Program-made: the position numbers and the translations under genes
The notes under the pieces: model-generated
What the model saw: only the letters and a program-made list of their open reading frames with translations
Database searches by the model: none
What the model was told of the DNA's origin: nothing
Assembly (NCBI GenBank): GCA_041633655.1
Contig: JBFJNB010000001.1
Location: 1-29,502, forward strand
Origin: Lysobacterales bacterium
GTDB lineage: Bacteria; Pseudomonadota; Gammaproteobacteria; Xanthomonadales; SZUA-38
Reading direction: 5' to 3'
DNA: 29,502 bases
Part shown: positions 8,383-20,300 of the stretch, piece by piece
Layout of the letters: each line of letters begins with the position of its first letter
How positions within the stretch are numbered: position 1 is the stretch's first letter

Positions 8383-8441
8383 CCGAAAAATCTGGCGCCG
8401 GAGCCGGCGCCAGATTTTCCTATCCGCGCCGTTTTTTTCGG
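8383..8441. promoter_or_regulatory. Putative UAS (three 15-bp motif copies) for sigma54 promoter 3; the first two form a perfect 14-bp inverted repeat that may also terminate the upstream operon
   Basis: CCGAAAAATCTGGCG (8383-8397, +), TAGGAAAATCTGGCG (8408-8422, -), CCGAAAAAAACGGCG (8427-8441, -). Inverted repeat AAAATCTGGCGCCG-gagc-CGGCGCCAGATTTT at 8387-8418. Confidence 0.7.
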
Positions 8442-8495
8442 CCGTCTCGCGGCCGTAAGTTCTTTTCTGCGCAGAAACAAAGAGATACCAAAAGT

Positions 8496-8511
8496 TGGCA
8501 TAGGGCTTGCT
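8496..8511 (+). promoter_or_regulatory. sigma54 -24/-12 promoter 3
   Basis: TGGCATA-GGGC-TTGCT with correct GG-N10-GC spacing, 39 bp before ATG 8551. Confidence 0.8.
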
Positions 8512-8550
8512 GCAATCTGACTGCAAAGCAAGGTGTTTTGGGGCGCGTCA

Positions 8551-10770
8551 ATGTCATCGATAAAAAGAACCCACCAGCGAGTTCTCGCCGCCGCGGCCGC
8601 GGTTGCGGCGGTCGGCCTCGTCGTGTTGGGTTCGGCGGTGATGCCGGTGGCGCACGAAGCCGGTGACCGCTCGTCGACCGCTCGCTACATCGTCGCCGGC
8701 GCCTCGAGCACCGCGGTGAGCGACATTCTCACCGCCCGCGGGGTAGAGATTCTGGCCAGGCTCGAAATCATCGACGCCGTCGGCGCCGAGTTGACCGCGA
8801 CCCAGGTCGAAGCGCTGACCCGGGTCCCGGGCCTGCGGCTGCACCGAGATCGTGCGCTCAAGGTCCAGTCCGCGGGTGGTACGTCCTGCGGCGAGACCGT
8901 GATGCTCGATCGCTTCGAGAGCGACCGGTTCGACAACAACGATGGCAACGTGCCCTGGGACGGGCCGTGGAAGGACACCGACGAGACAGACGGTGCCAAC
9001 CACGGCTTCTCGCGGGTCGAGGGCGGCAAGGTCCGGCTGTGGGGCAGCAACGAGGACGACGAGGACACCGGCGTGATTCGCAAGGCGGTGCTGCAGGCCG
9101 GACAGTACGCCTACCTGTCGTTGGATCTGGAGACCAACGGCGTGATGCCGAGGCGCGCCGAATTCGAGCTGGAGATCATCGTCGACGGGATCGATTACAA
9201 GCTCGAATTGATGGACCTCGAACCCGACATGAAATTCACGCGCAGCTACAACCTGGCCGCCTTTGCCGGCAAGAAGATCCGGGTCGAGCTCGAGCTGGAA
9301 GACGCCGGCGACGAGGTCAGGAATGGTCAGCGGCCGCTGCTCAGCATCGACAACGTCAAGATCGTCCAGTCGCCGGACAATCCGGGAGCCTACGCGGCCG
9401 ACCTGGTCGAGGCCACGGTGCTGCACGATGCTGGAATCGACGGCTCCGGCGTGACCATCGCCTTCGTCGACTCCGGCGTCGACCCCAACAGCGAATCGAT
9501 GTTCAAAGGCAACGGCCAGTCTCGTCTTAAGGGCCACTACTCGGTCAACGGCAGCGGCTCGAACGACGGCCACGGCCACGGTTCGCACCTGGTCAGCGTG
9601 GCCACCCAGGCGTCGGCCGCTCCCAGCTCCTGCGTCACAGACGGTGGGAGAAAGCTGGGTATCGCCCCGGGCGCGGATGTGGTCGCGGTGCGAGCGTTCG
9701 ACAACCACGGCCACGGAACCTATCTCGGCGTGATCCAGGCGCTCGACCTGGTGCTGTCGATGAAAGACCTCCACGACATCCGCATCGTCAATCTGTCCTT
9801 CGGCGCGACCCCGGAGTCCACTTACTGGGACGACCCGGTCAACCAGGCGGTGATGAAACTGTGGGCCGAAGGCCTGGTGGTCGTGACCTCGGCTGGCAAC
9901 GAGGGGCCGGACCCGATGTCCATTACCGTGCCCGGCAACGTGCCCTACGTGATCACCGTCGGCGCGATGACCAACAACTACACCACCAGCGACTCCAGCG
10001 ATGACCGGGTCGCCACATTCTCCGGCGCCGGCCCGACCGCGGAGGGCTTCGTCAAGCCGGATCTGGTCGCTCCCGGCGGCCACCTGGCCGGCATCATCGG
10101 CGCCGGCAACACGCTGGCCTATGACCTTGCCGCTTACGCGGACCAGAACGACGGTGACTATTTCCTTGCCTCCGGCACCTCGCAGGCCGCGGCCGTGGTC
10201 AGCGCGGCGGCTGCCTTGCTGCTGCAGTACGACCCGAGCCTGACCAACGATGAGGTCAAGTGTCGCCTGATGGAGGGCGGCAAGCTGGCCACGCTGGCGA
10301 ACGGCGATCTGGCCTACAGCCCGTTTCGTCAGGGCGCCGGCCTGCTGAACCTGTACGCGGCCGTCAACGCGCAGCCCAATGGCTGTCCAAACGACGGGTT
10401 GGACGTTCACGCCGATCTGTATCAGGGGATTCATTTCACCGGACCGGTCCGGGCGGACGCCCAGGGCCACTTCGAGATCGTTCAGGCCGACGGCAGCCTC
10501 TGGAGCCAGGGCTCGTTCTGGAACGAGGGTTCATTCTGGAACGAGAACACGGTTTGGAACCAGGGTTCGCTCTGGAGCGAAACGTCGTTTTGGAACGAGA
10601 CCTCGATCTGGAACGAAACCTCGATCTGGAACGAGACCTCGATCTGGAACGAAACGTCAATCTGGAACGAGACCTCGATCTGGAACGAGACCTCGATCTG
10701 GAACGAGGGGGGGCTGGGGAACACGGCTTTGGTGCCGATGGTGCTGGCCGTGGCCAGGGATCAGCAGTAG
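8551..10770 (+). CDS. Exported S8 subtilisin-like serine protease 3 with inserted domain and Trp hexapeptide tail
   Basis: IAFVDSG, GHGHGSHL, TSAGN and ASGTSQAAAVVS motifs; long hydrophobic N-terminus VLAAAAAVAAVGLVVLGSAV; I9-like YIVAG...RLEIIDAVGAEL. ATG 8551 is preceded by GGGGCG. Confidence 0.92.
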   Translation: MSSIKRTHQRVLAAAAAVAAVGLVVLGSAVMPVAHEAGDRSSTARYIVAGASSTAVSDILTARGVEILARLEIIDAVGAELTATQVEALTRVPGLRLHRDRALKVQSAGGTSCGETVMLDRFESDRFDNNDGNVPWDGPWKDTDETDGANHGFSRVEGGKVRLWGSNEDDEDTGVIRKAVLQAGQYAYLSLDLETNGVMPRRAEFELEIIVDGIDYKLELMDLEPDMKFTRSYNLAAFAGKKIRVELELEDAGDEVRNGQRPLLSIDNVKIVQSPDNPGAYAADLVEATVLHDAGIDGSGVTIAFVDSGVDPNSESMFKGNGQSRLKGHYSVNGSGSNDGHGHGSHLVSVATQASAAPSSCVTDGGRKLGIAPGADVVAVRAFDNHGHGTYLGVIQALDLVLSMKDLHDIRIVNLSFGATPESTYWDDPVNQAVMKLWAEGLVVVTSAGNEGPDPMSITVPGNVPYVITVGAMTNNYTTSDSSDDRVATFSGAGPTAEGFVKPDLVAPGGHLAGIIGAGNTLAYDLAAYADQNDGDYFLASGTSQAAAVVSAAAALLLQYDPSLTNDEVKCRLMEGGKLATLANGDLAYSPFRQGAGLLNLYAAVNAQPNGCPNDGLDVHADLYQGIHFTGPVRADAQGHFEIVQADGSLWSQGSFWNEGSFWNENTVWNQGSLWSETSFWNETSIWNETSIWNETSIWNETSIWNETSIWNETSIWNEGGLGNTALVPMVLAVARDQQ
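10501..10716 (+). repeat. 18-bp coding tandem repeat, 12 Trp units: WSQGSF WNEGSF WNENTV WNQGSL WSETSF (WNETSI)x6 WNEGGL
   Basis: Counted from the DNA; units degenerate towards the 5' end and are homogeneous in the 3' half. Confidence 0.95.
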
Positions 10771-10787
10771 CACTGCGGCCGCGCGGC

Positions 10788-13910
<3,123 letters not shown>

Positions 13911-13947
13911 CGACCGTGCACTCATTCGGCCGCGCGCCTGCCGGATT

Positions 13948-13976
13948 TTGCCGGTGCTTGGACAACGGCATAAAAT
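13948..13976 (+). promoter_or_regulatory. Putative sigma70-type promoter for the sensor gene pair
   Basis: TTGCCG-N17-TAAAAT in the short divergent intergenic region; no sigma54 consensus was found here. Confidence 0.45.
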
Positions 13977-13994
13977 GGTACGCCTTCCACGGGC

Positions 13995-16900
13995 ATGAAA
14001 CGCGGCAAGCCAATGATCGACCGAATCCGGATTCTATCCTTTTCCGGCCCGCTCGTGCTCCTTTGGTGGATCGGGTCGGCGGTCGCACTGGAGCAGCGTC
14101 ACAACATTCGCTTCGACCGCCTCGGTCTGGAGGAGGGCCTGTCGCAGGAGACCGTCTACGACATCCTGCAGGATCGCGACGGGATCCTCTGGCTGGCGAC
14201 CCAGGAGGGACTGAACCGGTACGACGGTTATACGATCCGAACCTATCTCCACGAGCCCGATGAGCCCGGCACGCTGTCGCACGACTGGGTCTGGACCGTG
14301 CTCGAGGATCGCTCCGGGACCTTGTGGGTCGGCACCGACGGGGGCGGACTGAACCGGTTCGACCGGCGCACCGGTTCCTTCATCCACTATCGGCACGCGG
14401 AGCACGATCGGGCGACGCTTTCCAACGACGTGGTTCGGGTGGTGTTCGAAGACCGCGACGACGGCCTTTGGGTGGGCACCGACGGTGGCCTCAATCGGTT
14501 CGATCCCGAAACCGGCACGTTTCGCCGCTTCCGCCACGACCCGGCGGACCCGTTCAGCATCTCGGACGACCGCGTGCGCGCGGTGGTCCAGGACCGGCGC
14601 GGACTGCTGTGGGTTGCCACCGACGGTGGCGGTTTGAACCAGATGGATCTGGCTCGCGACAACTTCCATCAGTTTCGCCACGACCCGAACAACCCCGGCT
14701 CGCTGAGCAGCGATCGGGTGCGCAGCCTGTACGAAGCGCGCGACGGGATGTTGTGGATCGGCACCTACGACGGCGGCCTGAACCGCTACAACCCGCGCAC
14801 CGGCACGTTCAAGCACTATCAGGGACAGGGAACCGGCCTGGAGAGCGACTTCGTGCGCGAGATGCTCCAGGATCACCGCGGGGTGCTGTGGGTCGCCACC
14901 GACAACGGGCTGCACGAGTACCGACCCGAGAGCGACACCTTCGTGCGTTATGGCAGCGACGTGGCCAATCCCAAGAGCCTGGCCGACAACCGCACCATTT
15001 CGCTGTTTCAGGATGCCGGCGAGGTGCTTTGGGTCGGCACCTACGCCGGACTCAACAAGTGGAACTATCAGACCATCGCGTTCCGCCTGTACCGGGGGGC
15101 TCAGGCGAACGGCCTGCGCAGCGACGCCATTCTGGCCTTTGCCGAGACCAACGGCGGCGACTGGTGGATCGGCACCTACGAGGGGCTGTACCGCTACCGC
15201 AGCGAGTCCGGGATGTTCGAGCTGCAACCGCTGGAGATCGCGCCCGGCCAGCCCGGCGACGAGCGCATCACGGCGCTGGCGACCGACCCCGGCGGTGAGC
15301 TTTGGATCGGAACCCGTGCCGGCGGCTTGTTTCGGTTGGACCCGCGGACCGGGCAAACCACTCATTATCCGGCGACCAGCGCCCCGGGCGGGCTCTCCGT
15401 GGGCGGCGTCACCGCGCTCAGCGTCGATCAGGAAGAGTCCCTGTGGGTGGCGACGTTCGGGGGCGGGCTGTACCGTCACGACCGCGCGCTGGATCGGTTC
15501 GAGGCCTACCGGCACGATCCCGAAGATCCCGCCTCGCTCCCGAGCAATCGGGTGGTCTCGATCCTGATCACCGACAACGGCGAGATCTGGGTGGGCACCT
15601 TCGGCGCCGGCGCCGCGCGCCGGTCGGCCGAGGCCGGCGGATTCCTGACCTTCACCAACGAGCCCGGCGACAAGACCAGTCTCTCCAACAATACCGTGTG
15701 GGCGATCCACGAGGACCTGCGCGGAAACCTGTGGTTCGGCACCCAGGGCGGTGGCCTCAACCTGCTGCCGGCGGATCAGCGCACCCTGGTCGATCCGGCT
15801 TTCCAGCGCTTTGGCCGCCGCCAGGGCCTGCGCAGCCAGGTCGTGTACGGCGTGTTGTCCGACGACCAGGGCAACATCTGGGCCAGCTCCAATCGTGGGC
15901 TCGTGCGCCTGGTGCCCTCGAGTGGGCGGGTCACCCACTACGATACGCATCACGGACTGCAGGCCTACGAATTCAATTCGGGGGCCTACCTGCGTACCCG
16001 CCGCGGGGAGATGCTGTTCGGCGGCTCCAAGGGCTTCAACGCCTTCTTTCCGTCCGAGGTGCGACTGCGCGAATACAAACCGCCGGTGGTCCTGACCAAC
16101 GTGTTCAAGGTCAACGAACCACTGGTGCGTCCCGGCGGCTTGCAGCGGCTCGAGCACCTGGATCTGGCGGCCGAAGATTATCTGGTGACGTTCGAATTCT
16201 CGGGGCTGGATTACAGCTCTCCCGGCGACAACGCATACCGTTACAAGCTCGAGGGCTACGACACCGACTGGATCGAATCGGGATCGGTGCGACGCGCCTC
16301 GTACACCAACCTGCCCAGCGGCCAATACCGCTTCATGGTGCTCGCGGCCGGACCCGGGGGGGTGTGGAGCGATCCCAGCATCAACCTGGACGTCATCGTG
16401 CACCCGCCCTGGTACTTGAGTCCGGTCGCCTATCTCGCCTACGCCCTCGGGTTGATCGCGGCGCTGCTGGCCGGGTATGCGCTGCACCGCCGACGCCTCG
16501 CGCGCGAGGCCAGTTTGAGGGTCGAGCTCGAGCGCGAGATCTCCGATCGCACCCAGGAGCTGGTCGAGCGCGGGCTGGAACTCGAGGAGCGCAACCGCGA
16601 ACTGCGCGCGCTGAACACGCGCCTGGAAGAGACTTCGATCACGGATCCGCTGACCGGGCTGAACAATCGACGCTTCGTTCGGGAGTTCATGCAGAAAACC
16701 GCCGGCTCACTGGATCGGCGACTGGAGAAACTGCCGCTGGCCACGGTTCAGAAGCATGGCCCGAGGCTGTTCTGCATCGTGCTGGACGTCGACGGGTTCA
16801 AGCCCCAGATCGAGCGCTTCGGTCCGGCCTTCGGGGATCGGGTGCTGGAGCGGATCGGGCGTGATCTGCGCGGCTTGTGTCGCGAGGCGGACCTGGTGGC

Positions 16901-17342
16901 CCGGTGGGGCGAGGACCAGTTCCTGCTGGTTGGCGAGACCGCCGACGTCGAGATCGTAATGGCCATCGCCGAGCGCCTGGTCAGCGTGATCTCCGAGATC
17001 GACCACCGCACCGCCGACAACGAGCTGGTGCGGATCACGATCACCGCGGGACTGACCCTTTATCCGTTTTCGATCGTGCAGCCGCACCTGTTCACCTGGG
17101 AGCAGGTGACCGCGATCTCCCAACAGGCGACCGTGCTGGGCAAGCAGAAGGGCGGGAATCGCTGCGTCGGGATCGGGGTCGGTTCACTGGGCCTGTCGCG
17201 CGGCGATTTCAAGAAAATCCTCAGCGACCCCGACGGGATGGAGCGGCGCGGCGCGATCAAGATTCATTTCATCGGTCCGGGCGCCAGGGCAACGGCGGTA
17301 GAGGACCCGGACGAAACCGAGGGTGGGCCGCATGCCGCGTAG
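13995..17342 (+). CDS. Membrane sensor: periplasmic beta-propeller (Reg_prop) repeats + Y_Y_Y + TM + degenerate GGDEF (alternative start 14013)
   Basis: GLSQETVYDILQDRDGILWLATQEGLNRYDG and many LWVGTxGGGL repeats; Y_Y_Y (YRYKLEGYDTDW...ASYTNLPSGQYRFMV); PPW followed by a TM helix; coiled coil; TDPLTGLNNRR, VLDVDGFK and RWGEDQF. Confidence 0.9.
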   Translation: MKRGKPMIDRIRILSFSGPLVLLWWIGSAVALEQRHNIRFDRLGLEEGLSQETVYDILQDRDGILWLATQEGLNRYDGYTIRTYLHEPDEPGTLSHDWVWTVLEDRSGTLWVGTDGGGLNRFDRRTGSFIHYRHAEHDRATLSNDVVRVVFEDRDDGLWVGTDGGLNRFDPETGTFRRFRHDPADPFSISDDRVRAVVQDRRGLLWVATDGGGLNQMDLARDNFHQFRHDPNNPGSLSSDRVRSLYEARDGMLWIGTYDGGLNRYNPRTGTFKHYQGQGTGLESDFVREMLQDHRGVLWVATDNGLHEYRPESDTFVRYGSDVANPKSLADNRTISLFQDAGEVLWVGTYAGLNKWNYQTIAFRLYRGAQANGLRSDAILAFAETNGGDWWIGTYEGLYRYRSESGMFELQPLEIAPGQPGDERITALATDPGGELWIGTRAGGLFRLDPRTGQTTHYPATSAPGGLSVGGVTALSVDQEESLWVATFGGGLYRHDRALDRFEAYRHDPEDPASLPSNRVVSILITDNGEIWVGTFGAGAARRSAEAGGFLTFTNEPGDKTSLSNNTVWAIHEDLRGNLWFGTQGGGLNLLPADQRTLVDPAFQRFGRRQGLRSQVVYGVLSDDQGNIWASSNRGLVRLVPSSGRVTHYDTHHGLQAYEFNSGAYLRTRRGEMLFGGSKGFNAFFPSEVRLREYKPPVVLTNVFKVNEPLVRPGGLQRLEHLDLAAEDYLVTFEFSGLDYSSPGDNAYRYKLEGYDTDWIESGSVRRASYTNLPSGQYRFMVLAAGPGGVWSDPSINLDVIVHPPWYLSPVAYLAYALGLIAALLAGYALHRRRLAREASLRVELEREISDRTQELVERGLELEERNRELRALNTRLEETSITDPLTGLNNRRFVREFMQKTAGSLDRRLEKLPLATVQKHGPRLFCIVLDVDGFKPQIERFGPAFGDRVLERIGRDLRGLCREADLVARWGEDQFLLVGETADVEIVMAIAERLVSVISEIDHRTADNELVRITITAGLTLYPFSIVQPHLFTWEQVTAISQQATVLGKQKGGNRCVGIGVGSLGLSRGDFKKILSDPDGMERRGAIKIHFIGPGARATAVEDPDETEGGPHAA

Positions 17343-20300
17343 CCTCGCGGCCTGGGCCCTCGCGGCACTGCTCGCGGCAGGCGCCGCGCCGGCCAAGGAC
17401 AACCTGGTCTTTTCCCACCTGACGGTCGACCAGGGATTGTCGCAGGAGTTCATCACCGCGGTGGTCCAGGACCCTTACGGCTTCATCTGGGTCGGCACAC
17501 AGGAGGGACTGAATCGCTTTGACGGCCGCCGGTTCGAGGTGTTCCTGAATGAACCCGGCAACCCCCAGTCGCTGCCCCATGACTGGGTGACCGATCTGCT
17601 GGTTGCCGCCGACGGACGGCTGTGGGTCGGGACCCGTGGCGGTGGCCTGAGCGTGTTCGATTACTCCCGTTCGAGGTTCGAGCCGTTCGGGGGGCTCGAG
17701 CAAGGCTTCGGCCAGCTCGCGATCCGCTGCCTGCACCAGGACCAGAACCGGATCATCTGGGCCGGCACCGACAACGACGGGATCGTGCAGATCGACCGGG
17801 ACGGCACGGTAGCGCGGCTGCGGCACGACCCGCTGGATGCGACCAGCCTGTCGGACGATCGCGTGCGCGACGTCGTCAGCGACCCCCAGGGCCGGGTGTG
17901 GGTCGCGACCGAGGGGGGCGGCCTGAACCTGTGGGACGATCAGACCGGGAAGTTCGAGGCTTTTCGGCACTCGCCGCAGGTGGCCGATACGCTCAGTTCC
18001 GACCGCCTGCTGAGCCTGTTTGCCGCGCCCGACGGAACGATCTGGGTCGGCACCTACGACGCCGGGCTGTCGGTCGTCAATCCGTTTCGCCGGTCGGTGG
18101 TGCGCCTGGGTCACTCGCCGGAAGATTTCTTCAGCCTGTCGTCGAATCGGGTGCGGGTCGTCTATCAGGACGTCGACGGGCGGATCTGGGTTGGTACCGA
18201 CAACGGCCTGGATCTGTGGGATCCGGACCGGCGCGGGTTCCACCGGTATCGATCCGAAAGTGGGGCACGCGGTTCGCTCTCGGACAACCGGATCACGACC
18301 CTGATGCAGGACCGGGGCGGGGTGCTCTGGGTGGGCACCTATGCCGGACTGAACAACTGGAACGCCCGGGTCGGATCGATTCAGCACTACCGGCGGGAAG
18401 CCGAGGCACCCAGCTCCCTGAGCAGCGACGTGATTACCTCGTTCGCCGAGGATCGCAACGGCCGGCTGTGGGTCGGCACCTGGGGCGGCGGTCTGAACCG
18501 GATCGATCTCGCGAGCGGGCAGATCGTTCATTACCGCGCGGGCGAGGGATCGCTGGCCGACGACCGGGTCATGTCCCTGCTGGCGGATCGCGGCGGCCGC
18601 TTGTGGGTGGGCACGCTGAGCAGCGGCCTGCATCGGTTCGATGCCGATCGGGAGGCTTTCACGCGCTATCGCCATGACCCCGAGGATCCGGCCAGCATCA
18701 GCGCCAACGCGATCACCAACATCTTCGAGGACAGCCGCGGCTGGATCTGGGTGGCCACCTTCGGCGGCGGCCTGAATCGGCTCCAACCGGACGGTGTCTT
18801 CACCCGCTACATGGCCGGGCCCGCCGACGAGGGCCGCCTCAGCAGCAACCGCGTGATCGATATCGCGGAGAACGACGACGGCAAATTGTGGCTCGCCACC
18901 GACGGTGGCGGGATCAACATCTTCGACCCGATTCAGGAGCGCTTCGAGCGGGTACTGCCCGACCCGGAACGCCCCGATTCGCTGGCCAGCGCCGCGGTGG
19001 TCTCGGTGCTGATCACCAAAACCGACATCTGGCTCGGCACCCGGGATTCCGGTCTCGATCGACTGGCGCAGGCCGACTATCGGGCCGGGCGCCTCAAGTT
19101 TCGGCACTACACCCGGCAGACCGGGCTGCCGAGCAATGCGATCCAGGGCGTCCTCGAGGACGACACCGGGATGATCTGGTTGTCCAGCAATAAAGGGATC
19201 ACCGCGATCGCGCCCGAAAACGACCGAATTCGTAACTTTCGCGAGCCCCACGGTCTGCAGGGTGCCGAATTCAATAGCGGGGCCCATTACAAGGCCCAGG
19301 ACGGGACGCTCTACTTCGGCGGCAACAACGGTTTCAACCGCTTCAATCCGCGCAACCTGTTCTGGTCCAGCAACGCCTACAAGCCGCCGGTGGTGTTGAC
19401 CGGTTTGACGATTTTCGGCGAGGCAGTGACGTTCGACCGGCCGCTGGCGGAGGTCCGATCGATCGCGCTGAACTACTCCGACTACGTGGTCGGTTTCGAG
19501 TTCGCGGCGCTGGATTACACCAACCCCGAGGCCAACCGCTACCGCTACCGGCTGGAGGGTCTGGAGGACAACTGGAACGATTCCGGAAATATTTCTCGCG
19601 CCACCTACACCAACCTGGCACCCGGCAGGAACTACATGTTCCGGGTGCAGGCGGCCAACAGCGACGGGGTCTGGAGCGATCAGGAGCTCGCCATCGCAAT
19701 CACCGTGCGTCCGCCGCCGTGGATGACCTGGTGGGCTTACCTGGTGTACGCGCTGTTGGCCCTGGGTGTCGCGCTGGTGGTGAGCGGCCTGCTCATCCGC
19801 CGCACCCGGGCACAGACCGAAAAGCGGGCCAACGAGCGCCTCCGCATGTACCTGCACTGTCTCGACGAGGCGGCCGACGCGGTCGCCATCCTGGAGCCCG
19901 ACGGCGAGATTGCCTACCACAACCGCGCGCTGGCCGAGATGCTCGAGCACCAGGCCGGCGGCGCGCTGCGGCCGTCCCAGCTGTTCGCTTCGGAGGACTC
20001 CGCCCGCCAGGCGCTGGCCGAGGTGGCCGAGCACGGTCGCTGGCAGAAAACGATGCCGCGGCCCGGTGATCGCGTCGACGCCTATCTCGATTTGACCTTG
20101 ACCCAGGTCGGGATGGATGGCGCGGGCAGCGCGATCATTGCGATCGCCCGCGACGCGACCGAGCGGAAACAGACCGAGGACGAGCTGAAGCGCTACCGCG
20201 ACCGGCTGGAAATGCTGGTGCACAAGCGAACCCAGGAACTGGAGCAGGAGATCGGCGAGCACAAGCGCACCGAGAACCAGTTACGGATCTCATTGGACGA

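Noticed and set aside
8143-10698. N-E-T sequons in the WNETSV/I repeats as N-glycosylation arrays
   Set aside because: PglB-type systems need D/E at -2 (here V/I), the protease 1 tail has no sequon, and no glycosylation genes are in the window. Unsupported, not excluded.
5954-10716. 18-bp tandem repeats as a CRISPR array or non-coding VNTR
   Set aside because: No spacers, no cas genes, unit length is a multiple of 3 in frame with the protease ORFs, and variation is largely synonymous.
8097-10724. Antisense or alternative-frame repeat ORFs (FQTEVS 8097-8531, FQIEVS 10482-10724, RSRS 10436-10660, GPRSGT-type frames)
   Set aside because: They are shadows of the 18-bp repeats; the wobble-position variation is synonymous in the protease frame, and they have no RBS or promoter support.
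13926-13994. sigma54 promoter or full UAS in the bEBP/sensor divergent gap
   Set aside because: No GG-N10-GC TGGCA/TTGC box. The TTTTGCCG...CGGCATAAAA similarity to the motif is weak and coincides with a sigma70-like -35/-10.
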